From Antedon mediterranea (Eukaryota > Animalia > Echinodermata), in assembly GCF_964355755.1 (NCBI RefSeq), contig NC_092675.1, positions 30,352,912 to 30,416,911 of the forward strand: a stretch of 64,000 nucleotides of DNA, in the 5' to 3' direction. The translations under genes and the position numbers were made by a program. How positions within the stretch are numbered: the first letter of the stretch is position 1; each line of letters begins with the position of its first letter. This document shows positions 26,145-38,900 of this stretch, one piece after another. The notes under the pieces are model-generated. The model ran no database searches. It was not told the origin of the DNA and was given only the letters and a program-made list of their open reading frames with translations.

Positions 26145-29100
26145 ATGAGACGATTCTATATCCTATTGACAGTAGGAGCACTATGTACGTGTTTCACGTT
26201 TTACTACATTAACAGATACGGAAAGCAATTAGGTTCACCAGTACCAGTTAAAGCAAATCTACGGCAAGAAAACAAACAAAAAATTCAAAAATTGGAAGGC
26301 ATTGATAAATATGTAACAATTGATCAGGAAGAGGTACGGTAAATTGTAAACAGACATTTTTGTTTTGTTTGTCCTTTTCATAAATTGCACCATCGCCAGA
26401 CTTCTTCCACGATCCTAGTGATAATAATAATAATTATCGTTTTAATATATTTCTTGTTTTAGATGTTTGCATTAAGATGTAACAAATGTGCTATCATTTC
26501 TAATTCTGGACGACTTTTGAAAACAGGAGCAGGACGTGAAATTGATGAAACCGAATGTGTGATACGAATGAACACGTCACCAACCAAAGGTTTTGAACAA
26601 GATGTCGGTTCAAAGACTACCATCCGGGTTATTGGACACGCCAACCTGAAGAAACTACAATCCATGCCCGCCATTTTAGAGGAATTTTTTAGAGTTCCAA
26701 AAACAAAAACGAAACACTTAATCGTGGCATGGTTATACATGACACATGTGAATAAAACTTCAAATCCTCATTATAAAGCAACACGAATATTATCAAAGAT
26801 GTATCCTAGTATATCTTTTTATGTTCCTACATTGGAGTCAATGCAAAAGGCTGAGCTTATATTTAAAAAAGAAACAGGTATAACAAGGTAAGTTTCAATA
26901 ATACACCTTTTATTTATTTTGTATGAACCAGAGATTCCGACATTGTGTAAACACAAAAGTAACAGGTCTAAAATATGAATGTAATATTTATGAATAAAAA
27001 GAAACACAATAAAAATAAAATTGTTTTAAATTAAATTTATTAAAATGATTTTATATTATGAATTGTTAGTGTTTTCTTTATAATCCAGTATGATTTATTT
27101 TTTAAATGAATTTCTTGAAAAACTGTCTGTCAGTTCCGTTTTCGGAGATTTTAGAATACGAATAGATTAATTATTATACAAAACCAAAGCCTGTTTCGTA
27201 CTTAGTCAACGGATACAGACACGTCAATACATTACGGTATAAATGCGTTTAAGACATAACATCGGCTTAATGGTCCGTCGTAAACAGGTCATACTCTGTG
27301 GAAAAAGCATTTGTCGCTCCATGAATTATTAGTGTAATGTAAATGCATGATTTTCTTTAACCTAAACTATCGGGTTCTCGTATCTACCGTTAGGCCTATA
27401 TATGGAATTCCATTTATAAATGATGTAATACCTACAAATAATACTAACGAAAAGACGTTGTTAATGCACGTTCAACACCGAATGCAAAGATTGTAAGTAA
27501 GTAAGATTGCGTCACATTCACATAAACATACAAATTATACTATTTGTGTAGTTCTTCCACATACTATCTATTTCCGAAGTCTCATAGGAATATTTTGTAC
27601 AGCATCTCATTTATATCACATGTGGTGCCTGTATCATGTAAGGTTAGGTTAAGGGTTAGCCTACTACTATAGATACATGAAACTAAGCTACGCTAAGCTT
27701 GCCCACAAAATTTAATTGCAACTAGCTAGGCCCATGGGAGAGCGTAACCTGTATGTGATAGCCTATATGATGGCGTTTGTACGGTAGCTACCAGATTCAG
27801 ATTCAGAAACACATGGGATGTTGTATTACCAAAAATTCCTACGATACCTCGGAAACGGATACAGCACCGAGAATCAGCTGCTATTTCAATTAATCTGATA
27901 GGGCCTATGTATGAACAGGTCTTATAATACACGTAATGACAATAAAACTCGTTTAGCTGTATGTCTACATCATGTTGCAATGGTCAAGAGATTGCAAACA
28001 AATAGCACGAAATATTACACACGTGCAGTAACTTCTCTTAATCGTGTTCATTTACGAGCATCATTATTGTCACACACTTTCGAACTTACAAGGAATCGAC
28101 AGAAAGAAATCACTGTATGGTATACTTTGATTTATACAATTGGACTTGTTCACTGCATACATTGGGAATTACCTATAGTTAAACAAAAAACAGCATCTAG
28201 GTAATAGTATTCTTTACTCCATGGTAATAGCATCAAATATAAAAAACATATATACTGTACGTTACTCTTAATCATGTCCATTTATTATTGTATGTATGCA
28301 CAAATGATTTTGCATCAAAACGCAAAAAAAACTTGACAGTGAAATAAAATCATGATTTATACAATCCGACTTGTCTATCTTAACTGATTGAGAATTCGCC
28401 TAAGGTAAAACGATTAAACATTTTTAGAAAAACAGTTTATGAAATCTAAACATATTTCAAATTGCATAAGCACGTACTTTGATTCATTTTATTAAAAATC
28501 TATAAATGTTGATTTATCCAGTTTAAAAATATGAATTTGCTCATAAAATGTATTCACATTTCTTCTTTTTCATGCATTTAGGAAGAATGCAAAGACGTGG
28601 TTTACGACAGGATGGTTAACGATGCTACTGGCTATTGCAACATGCAAGAACATCGCTGTCTATGGAATGTTAGAACACCATCATTGTCAGTGCGTATTGC
28701 TATTACAGTTTTTAATATCATTATTTATTCGGTCTATTTCAATATATACATAAAAAATGAAATTGGGGAGACCAAGGTCAACCTAAGTGACCTTAATCAC
28801 TGTAGCTGAGCCGGTTGGCCCAACCACAAAGTCAGTTTACACATAAAAGACACAGAATACAGTTAAAGCGAATCAAAATTAAATTTTATAAATCATAAGA
28901 ATAATTGAAGATTTATATAATAATAGTAATAATAGTTAATTCTTATATAGCGCATATAAGCAAGCTCTCAATGCGCTGTACATAAATTAAAAAAGACGAG
29001 AAGTGGCAATAATCTAAATTAATGAAAAACTTGTTTGAAAAGGAAAGTCTTCAATGTCTTGAAAGAGTTCAAGTATATGGTGATGAAAGGCGTAGCCTGT

Positions 29101-30347
29101 GAAGTTTGAACTTTGCTACTTTAATTGTTATTATAATAAATTAGGGCGATCTGTGAGGATGATGAATGAGAAAATCTAACATATTAATTTTAGACTTTAA
29201 ACCTTATATCAAAGTATAACCATTTAGCGGAACGTTTAGCTGCGTTTGTGTAATCTGTATAAGTAGGCCTATTGAGGAGACCTTCATATACCGTCATTAA
29301 GCTTTGTTCCCACAAGGAGGCAGCGCAAGGACGTAAGCGCAACACAAGTGATTTGACCAATGACAGTTCGAATAATCCATCGCTTGTGATTGGTCAGATT
29401 ACTCACGTTGCGCGTACGTCCTTGCGTTACGTCCTAGAAGCAAGCTTTATTATACAAAATCCAAACGTAATGCCTTAAAGTAGTTTGCAAAAGAGATCGT
29501 AAAAAGGCTAATTATCATAAACTAACATAATTTTCAAATAACGAGAGTAAGTAGAGTTTTGTTGCATTACGTCGTTATTTTCGTAATCTCATTAGTTGAA
29601 GAAGCCCAATTCTACAAGAAAAACGAACAACGTATAATGTTGGTTTTTTTTTTATCAACATCTAAGTATTCTAATTTGTTCAATTGCATGTGATTAGTTA
29701 ACTGCTTGATTTGTTCAGTTAACTGCTTGATTTGTTCATTTAACTGCTTGATTTGTTCAGTTAACTTCTTGATTTGTTTGACCACCACAATTATTGGTAT
29801 CAGGGTCAGGTAAATGCGGGAAAGAAGAATTATAAGTTACTACTGATTATCTATATGTTGTGTAATATGTCATTAAATGGAGGAACGATGTAGTGGAAGT
29901 AATGTAATGTGCCAGTACATTCTGACCTGTTTTATGTTTCCTTGCAGAAATCATATGAACGATCCAACTTTATATCATTATTACAATCCAAAAGACGGAA
30001 AAGAATGTCAATACTACAAACGAAGCGAGGAAAGTTTAGCATGGGGCCATTTATTCATCACTGAAAAGGCAATCTTCGAAAACTGGGCCAAGCAAGCACC
30101 TATTACTTTCCATCATCCATTTTGGAACATCAGCGGAACATCTTCGAGTTTATTAGACACTCCTTTTATAACTAAGTATCGTTATCGTTATAAACATTTT
30201 CAGAGATTTTCCAAACTAGGCACAATACCAAATTTGCATACGCATGCGCACATAACTTCACAATCAGGAGCTTTTCAAATGAAAGTAATACTTATCGTCT
30301 TCTGTTTACCATTCTTATTCCTTATGGCTTGCATATGCTGCTTTTAA
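26145..30347 (+). CDS. GT29 sialyltransferase, ST6GalNAc III-VI-like (373 aa)
   Basis: Exons 26145-26333, 26463-26887, 28582-28689 and 29948-30347 total 1122 nt with consistent phases. N-terminal hydrophobic anchor; sialylmotif L (CAIISNSGRLLKTGAGREIDETECVIRMNTSPTKGFEQDVGSKTTIRV); motif S (TTGWLTMLLAIATCKNIAVYGM); motif III (YHYY); motif VS (HLFITEK). Confidence 0.92.
28722..28820. repeat. Dispersed repeat shared with 9253-9353 (probable retroelement 3' end)
   Basis: TTTATTCGGTCTATTTCA...GGTCAACCTAAG...TTAATCACTGTAGCTGAGCCGGTTG occurs at both sites. Confidence 0.75.
28920..29190 (-). mobile_element. L2-type LINE/SINE 3' end
   Basis: Minus-strand peptide SFKTLKTFLFKQVF and the tail GTACAGCGCATTGAG...GCGCTATATAAG followed by degenerate (TAT)n. 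Confidence 0.6.
29301..29444. mobile_element. Palindromic MITE in a sialyltransferase intron
   Basis: Inverted arms GCGCAAGGACGTAAGCGCAAC and GTTGCGCGTACGTCCTTGCG, with AAGCTT at both ends. Confidence 0.6.
29695..29778. repeat. 21-bp tandem repeat x4
   Basis: AGTTAACTGCTTGATTTGTTC repeated. Confidence 0.9.
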
Positions 30348-30659
30348 TAACGTTGGATCAAGTATAAATTCAATGTTTGCATGACTGAATTATTAATATT
30401 TTCTTTATGAGATTTTTGTCTGGCTAATCAATTAATTTGTCAAACTTTGGAGATGCAATTATGTTTACATCTTCCTGGTTATACATCATCGACAGAAATG
30501 ACTTGTATCTATGGACATTGTGATGTATCAATTTAATCTAATCGATCCCAAAAATGAATTGAATTCCATTGAGAATAGTGAGGTAATCAATGGCTCATTA
30601 CAGGTTTCTGTCGCACATGCGTGGTCCATTATCATTTAAAAATTCGGATTTTTTAAAAA

Positions 30660-30693
<34 letters not shown>
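30660..30693. repeat. (GAT)11 microsatellite downstream of the sialyltransferase stop
   Basis: Directly visible. Confidence 0.95.
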
Positions 30694-32940
30694 CAATGTG
30701 CAGTTGGTCAGATTAATTGTACTATATATATCTCAAGATAAAATAAGCATAAATATTCAACAGATAGCGTGATCATCATCAGCAAAAAATATTGTATAAC
30801 TGTGATATCAATAAACCAACGAATTTTCGTTTTAGTGAATGACAGAGTTTTATAACTTAAATAAAATTAATGTCTCGCGAAATATGCAATCAATGTACAT
30901 ATAAGTATTTTAATGTTTTGCCTTTTCTTGTACAAAATACTGAAATACTACAGGAAAATAGATAATTATAAATGTCAATTTTATGTATTGTCTCAAACTC
31001 AATCTTATAAAATAAAAGAGCTACGAATCTGTTTGACGAAATTGTGTGTTATGGTAATGTTATGCGAATCAATCAGGGAAAAGAAGTATCACGACAGTAA
31101 TGTCACGTGATGACATTCCAGCTATCCTCCGATATTTTTCTATAAATCTGTATTGCCTGTGATAATATGTGTACTATTTATTCAACACAAGTATGTATGT
31201 CTACTTATGATACAAATCATTAGGCTAACAATGTTGGAGGATCTTTCTTATTAATCAATATTACGTCTAAGTAAGGCTTGAATAAGCACAGGAAACAAAA
31301 ATAAACGCGATGCGTTTTATCAGTTTCGGTGTTTTCTCAGATAAAAACCCCCATTAAGAAATTATGCTATCGGGGTACTAAGACATAGTTGCTAAAACAG
31401 ACAGCTGTATAAATACAAACATACTGTAAGCACCTTTTAAAAACCTTCTTATTATCACCAACAAATTCTTCTATGTTCTAATTAATATCAAACGGTACTG
31501 AAATCAATTCAACTTTCTAATCTTTTCATCGCAAACCAATTTACAGATGCCATAATCTTCTCCACCCATAGCCACTGTTCTGAGCTGCTATTTTTGTTTT
31601 CATTCAAGCCATTACGGTACTCGATCTGCAATACCATCTTCTATCAATGTTGGCATACATTACATTTTTAAAATCCATAATACATTAAAAGACCTTGTCA
31701 ATATTAATATCGATCTTTACTCATCAATAAAGTATTTTGATAGATCGCATTTCAACAATATATTGTTTTCAGCCTAGGGACAATTAGACTGATAATTGCT
31801 TTTTTATTTGATATTAAGTATCATTTCTTGCCGTATTACTATCGACGGGTTTTGCTTCTGATTAATGTGATGAAAGATGTAATAATATATACACCATCGG
31901 TATGGTGGGGCGTATAATGTTAGGCTGCATAATGCGGTAAAAACGTTCGTACACACAGAAATGACTTTTATCTCCAAGTCATCATCCAAAGAACAGAAAA
32001 TGTTATGTTATGTTAATATTTAAAATGTTAACCGTTTTTATTCGTCGTAACCTTTGTCTTTCTGTCTGTTGTTTTCGACTTGTTGTTCTTGTTGTTTCTG
32101 TGTTTTTTTAAAAATATATTTATATTGTGTTTAAGACATTGGCCTTGTTGGGTGTAAATGTGAAATAAAATAAAAATAAAATGTTAAACAGTACATAATT
32201 CTCCAACGTAGTTATAACATTGAGGAATTCCTCCATAGCGTACGACAGAAGTCGGTTGTGTTTATATATCGTGTAATTAATTCATTTAATTTATTACCAT
32301 TTTTTAGACATTTTTCTTTTCCAGTCTGTAAATTATTTGTCAATTTACAGAAATGTTTTTTATTGTTATTTAGATTTGAAAGAAATAAATGTTAACTTGA
32401 TTGATTGATAATTGATTGATTGATAATTGATTGATTGATAATTAGTTGCACAATTTACTGTAATAACCTACGTAGACCAACGTCTAAAGCAAAGATATGT
32501 CTCACCCTCACGTTCTTAAAGTTGCATACAAGGTAAGTATGGCATAGGAAAGAATGAAATGACACGTAATGTCACTCGTCCCTGGTCTGGCCCTCACGTT
32601 CGTACAGTTGCATAAATGGTAAGTATGGCTCTCAAGCTGAATGGTATACTAAGAGAGCTATTATATACTTCATTTGATGAAGTACCACATGGTGATAAAG
32701 AAAACATGTTTGCAGCGCGTGGTAGATTACGATACTCATTTAACAGGCTATAATAATAACATGCCTTATTACTATACTGTAGCCTACTTGGCTGTCTATC
32801 TTGTAGTAAACCAATCGTGAGGTTCGCAAACGACGGAAGATGCTGTTCCGCAATTTAGATGATTATCGATTCAAACGATAATATTACATCCGCGATCTTT
32901 TAATCGTTTTAATTGTTTGTTACACTTCCATATGCCTAAA

Positions 32941-33134
32941 GCTCACTATCAAACTTTATGTGACCACAAAATATGATGTGCCTATATATTGACATGATGA
33001 TGTCATATCACTACCATATTTGGACATATCACTACCATATTTGGGCATGTCACTACCATATTTGGGCATGTCACTACCATATTTGGGCACATCACATTTA
33101 TTTTGTCAAACTATATTGATATTGTAGACGGAAC
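32941..33134. mobile_element. GCTCTGTCTACACT-family MITE with four internal 20-bp repeats
   Basis: Degraded TIRs; TCACTACCATATTTGG(G/A)CA repeated 4 times. Confidence 0.75.
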
Positions 33135-34154
33135 TTTAAAAAGAAGTGTTTTCAGTAGATCTGCCTTACTTTACTAAAGGAAAATTAAATGAATACTAAT
33201 TTACAATTATGCATACCCTGTTACTATATCATGACACAGTATAAGCTAGGTTATATCCATTCATTATTAGTAGCAGTTATACTGCACTGCTACAACCACT
33301 AGTTTCTGCTATTATTAATTTCGGATCAGTTACTATACGTATTAGTCTATGTTATTAAAAGTTAGTTTATGCTCTTTCCTGCTCTCTTTCTCTCTCCCTC
33401 CCATCCATGCCCTGTCCATCCTCCCTTTCTTTACTTTCACAGATCAATAATGCGAATACGGGTCACACACACGCACGTAAGAATAAGAATCTTCTATAGC
33501 TAGAATACAGAATACAAAATAACCATAAAGCATGATATGAATAGTGAGACGAACATTCATTATGACTCGTGCTATGTCATATCAACTTTCTAATTGAATT
33601 CAGTATAATTGACTTTTCCCCAGCAGTTGTCAGCTACAAAATATTTGGTACAGTCAATTCAAAAGATCAAATATATTTGATTAATAGACATAACTCACGA
33701 TATTAGCCATAGGCTGTATTATACCATAAGCTTACTAATTCAACAAAATTGTAAAATCAATAAGTTTTAAATGCTGAAGCATCAACATGCATTGATTTTA
33801 GACAAGATTTTAGACAAGAATTTAGCTTCATTCAGTAAACTTTGCCAGTGAAGGCCATGATATATTTCATACAATGTTAATCCATATATTTATCAATAAA
33901 TCACTATTTGTTATCCTAACGTTTATGTTTCTTAATGACATCAGTATAATTTCTAAATCATTAACTGTACTGTAGGGTACAAATGTTGCTTGCCAGTTAT
34001 ACAATATGTTTATATGGCGATAATTGCAATTATCATCCGTTTAGACAGCTTTTATACTGTTTAAAAACACGTCCATATTGTCAGATTCCATCTATATCAT
34101 TACCAATTACCATTTTTACGTCTTTTATATTTATTTTATTTTATCTTATTTATA

Positions 34155-34304
34155 GAGGGTGCCCCTAAACAGCGGGGCCCTCTCTTGATGAGTGTGACAG
34201 TGGTAGTATGAATACTAGTACACCGGGGTAACACTACAGTCGTCTCGAAAGATGTACTAGGTTCTTTAAAGTGATGTGTAAACTGGACCTACGGTTTATA
34301 GTCC
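34155..34304 (-). mobile_element. SINE core fragment (Deu/Nin-domain-like)
   Basis: Minus strand GGACTATAAACCGTAGGTCC...CACTTTAAAGAACC resembles a conserved SINE central domain (from memory). Confidence 0.45.
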
Positions 34305-34639
34305 AAAGGTAATAAATAGAAACAAGCTCTCCTCTACTAATGATAAAACCAAGTAGACTCCTCATCAATACTAAGGTTGCACATTTTGAAGTAGGTTCTT
34401 TTTCGTATCAACAGAGGCATTTAATTTTATTTTTTTAGTAATGTGTTTTGTTATGGGTCCCTACGAGACAAGTTTTTAACTTCTAGAAGGGATCCATGAT
34501 AATAATGACTACCAATTACTGCTTTATCTATGTTCACTTTAATATCTTTTTTCTATTTTGTATATATTCATTCATTATTATCTAAATAAATATTATCTGA
34601 ATCTGAATCTGAATCTGAATGAACCTGGTAATAAGAGTT

Positions 34640-35470
34640 AATCAACAGTGATCCTTCCCTGTTAATAATAAAACCTCTCCTTCATCAATACAGCAGCACA
34701 ATAAGCTACATTTAGGCATGCAGTATGCCACACAGACAAAAGCAATCACATATTCAAACAACCAATCCTGTGCCTCTAAAATGTTTAAGTACTTCATGTC
34801 ATTTATGAACCTGGTATTAATCGGTGCTAATAACAGAGACTCTACCAGGCTAATAATAATACCATCCTTTTTATCAATATATAAATTGCTTATTTTAAGT
34901 AAGTACTTTATATTAAACCAAACTGGTAGTAAATAGAGTAACCAGACACTCTTCCTCCGCCAGATGGACATTAAAAGTACTTTTTATCAATGTACTCATT
35001 ATGCTAGACTACAGCTAATAAGGATTCCTCTGGGATGTAATATGATAGGAAGTTTAAAATGTGAACGCTGTGAAGGATCCAGTTACACTTTATCCATGCA
35101 TATCTAATAACATGAATCGAAACATCTTACAAATGAACTATACTCTTAAATCCTCTTATATTCTAGTTAAAGTAAACTGTATTCTATACAATATAGCCGC
35201 TTTCCGACCCAACAAAGTAGTAGGGGTTGGCCAGAGTACTAAAACATACTTCTTGTGTTTATTTTGTATTTATGATGTACCGAATGTACCTGTGACCATA
35301 ACATAATGATACAAAGTTAGATTGTGGTTTTTGATCCTAGAGTTGAGGAGTGGCAGGCAAGAATTGATGTTAAGATTTAGTGGATACAGATTAGGGGAAC
35401 ATAACTCATTATGGTGTTAAATGCAACAGCTTATTTCAATGAAAACACAGCTCCACACCAAAATACAGTC
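34640..35470 (-). mobile_element. Decayed L1/Tx1-like relic next to a (TCTGAA)n-tailed element
   Basis: The peptide PVWFNIKYLLKISNLYIDKKDGII weakly resembles a post-RT region of Tx1-like elements; the microsatellite tail is at 34596-34620. Confidence 0.3.
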
Positions 35471-35642
35471 GCCTGTTTTGCTACTTTATGAAATTTATTC
35501 ATATAAAATTGAAAATAAAAAATACAAAATATATAATATAGTATAGAAACATGAATGAAACTGTATTATTACAAATAATAAATCATTTACTCAGAATAAA
35601 ATGTAAATATTTTATAGTGACTATTCAGTAGAATCTTCTTGA

Positions 35643-35785
35643 GCTCTGTCTACACTATCAAACTAGTTTGACAATAACAGTGTGATGTGCCCAAATATGG
35701 TATTGCTCTGATATGACATCATCATGTCCATATATGGGTACATCACATTTTTTTGTCACATAAAGTTTGATAGTGTAGACAGGGC
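35643..35785. mobile_element. GCTCTGTCTACACT-family MITE (PIGW 3' region)
   Basis: Same TIRs. Confidence 0.8.
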
Positions 35786-35984
35786 TAAATATCTTCTTGT
35801 TGTTCAGCAAAATGTGAGATACTTAACCTCAAAAATATAAAAATTTAAATTTCCTTTCTCCCACTTTTCTTGCACTGATTAAATAAATTAAATTTGTACA
35901 TCATAGTCCCCATCATTTTAAGATTGTTAGTGATTTTCCCCAAATTAGAATGTATAAATATACATATGAAAAACCGTGTATTTA

Positions 35985-38900
35985 TCATAAGAATTTAAAC
36001 TTGATACCTTTATATTGCATAACAGTTGTCACAGAGCACAACAATGCCATATAGAAAACAATAATTAAAAATGAAAACAAATTGCTGACCGTTAGCGTGT
36101 TGATGGTCAAATTGACCAGTCCAGTTAGAAGATTACCAAGCAAGAAGAAGAGGAGTTGATGAGCATTGACTCCATGTAAAAGATTACTTTGATTTGCCGG
36201 GTGTTTCAGATGCAAGAACATATCTAAAGCCATAAGAATATAGAAAACAATAATTTATATAAAATAAAGATAAATTGTTTATATAATTAATTAATTAAGT
36301 TCAAAGGCAGTTAACTAAGAAAATGGCAATGCTGTGGGTATCAGTGGCTGGATCTTAATGGAGAAAATAAGCAAAAAGCCAAAATTGCAGAGCTTTTTAG
36401 AGAGGGAGGTATCAATTTGCGACGACTGCAACCAAAATGTCATGTTTGTACATTGTGCACATGCAGGAATACTATTGTGTGTGTCCTCACTCCCCACCTC
36501 TCACTCTGACACAGGTTTGATGGATTCTAGGTCCAGGCAACGACCGATGACATCGATTGATCTGCCCTACGTTGGTCATTGGTCGAAACCTCCCAACATC
36601 TTGAGACATCAAAGTGTCTTCACTAATGCGTATAATTAACTCTTATTTTCGCTTTGATTTTGTAACTCAAATTTCAATCATTTTTACTCTAACAGTGACT
36701 GAGGTCGAGATTTTTTAGATAGAAACACAGTCATATCTTTCAGGTGGAGATCTGATTATTTTAAGTGGCAGTTGGTTACCTGTATCTGATTTGGTTGCAG
36801 TATCTTGTTGCCATGCAAGCACAATATCTACTAAAAGGAACGTTGCCAGTGAAAATACACCTTGAGCAAGCTGTAACAAAAAGAAAACAATATTTAGTCA
36901 ACTTAAGAATAATAAGAAATGTTTGATAGAAAGAGCTAAATCTGATTTTGGACTTTATGTATTCTGGGACAAGATGGAACTTTGGAAACTGTAGCATGAA
37001 ATATTACCAACTGCAAAAGTATAATATATAGTGTAATATACAGTGTAATATGCTTGTGTCTAGACAGGCTGTGGTATTTTTTAATGTTCATTTAATACAC
37101 AAATTTGTGTGCATATATTTACTTACAATCCAGACAATGTAGGATGCATTTCCTAAACGTCTAGAAACCTCTCCAGTATAAGATGGCAGTTGATTCAAGA
37201 TACACCAGAAGAGAATGGTAAAACCCCAGAGACATCCAAGTAAACGAACACTGCCAGAGAATGACCAGCTGTAAGGTACAATTCAGAAGATTGTCAAATG
37301 ATTAGTAGTTGATATTGTATTATAAAAGAGTACAACAATACAGCAAAGAAATGTATTTTATATCTTAGGTTATTACATTTGTTTGAATTTATTATGTAAG
37401 CCTACTCAATGATAGATAATATGCAGTAAACTGATAGAGGGATGGGGCAGACTATTTAGGCTATTATAAAGATTCTCCAATAACTGTATACAGTTGAACA
37501 CAAGTACATCACAATACAAATACAGTTTGGAGAATTGCCAAAGTATCTTGGGAATATTTGGTAATACAACATCACATATGTTTCACATGTATCTAGTAGT
37601 ATACATGATACAGGCGCCACATGTGATATAAATGATATGCTGTACTACCAAATATTTTCTATGATACTTTGGAAATAGATAGTGTGTGGAGATACAGCAC
37701 TGGGAATCTGGAGGCATAATAATTATTTAAAAGAAAGTGACCTGCTGATTTGAAGTTAAACATTAGGATTAGTACACATGGCCACCCTGCAAACAACTGT
37801 GTATATCATGTTAGACACATTATTACCATTATCATGTGTTTTTATAAATGTACCTTTTCCTAAAAAGTAAACGTCCAATAGATACACCTCCTAAGTAGAT
37901 TGAAGTAAATCCTATGCATGAGAATATTCCTTCCCGATTGGCTGATATCCAACCAATCCTGCTCCCTGTACCATCAGGTCCATTTAAAATATACTCTTGA
38001 AGTCCGCAATTGGTCAATAAATGTTGATATGTAAAAGTTACCAATAGCAACAGCATTCCACTAAAGCTGATGGGTATAATTACAAACAACAGACTTGATA
38101 TAATCTACAAAAACAAAGTTAAAAGTGTGACATTCAAATAATAGTTTTCAAATGGTTATCTAAACACTACATATTAAATTACTGTAAGAGAACAAAAATA
38201 ATGTAATACATGAATACTATACACAGCATCACAATAGAATTAGATATGTTGACACGTTAATATGTCAACATCAGGACAGTTCAGCTCAGTTTACACTATC
38301 AAGCTTTATGCGACAAAAAATGTGATGTGTTCATGTATGGACATGATGACATATCACTACCATATTTGTGTATATCACTACGATATTTGTGTACAGTATA
38401 TCTCTACTATATTTGGATATATTACTACCATATTTGGGCATATCACCCTTTTTTTTTCAAACTAGTTTGAGTGTAGACAGTGCTTTAGTGTGACAGTTAT
38501 GTGTTGGCATACTACTAACACTACATCACTGTTGTATATCTTCAGGTTTTAACTGAAATCTGTAAATAAGCAAAATTGTAAAAACTACAAATATAAAATT
38601 TGACTTACCCTAACAAAAAATAATGAAAGAAAGAAGTTCCAATGGACACCATACTCAGATACATGTTGATGATAATCAGCCAGTCTCACGGACAATAATC
38701 GCATCAACCCTAGTAACAGAAGAGGCAAGCTTGTCATCATGTTGCTTTGAACTTTAGATAATTTGCTAACCAACCTACAAGAAAAAAGTTATTCTTAAGT
38801 TTGATGAAAAAACATTTTAATTTTGACTCTTGAAGGAGAACAAAGAAAATCACATCACTCATAAAACAGATGGAAGTAAAAACATTTAACTCCTTGTTAT

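Noticed and set aside
36315-36760. GC-richer PIGW intron ORFs as an extra exon or nested gene
   Set aside because: PIGW is complete without them, and part (36320-36385) recurs inverted at ~20490-20555, indicating a dispersed repeat.
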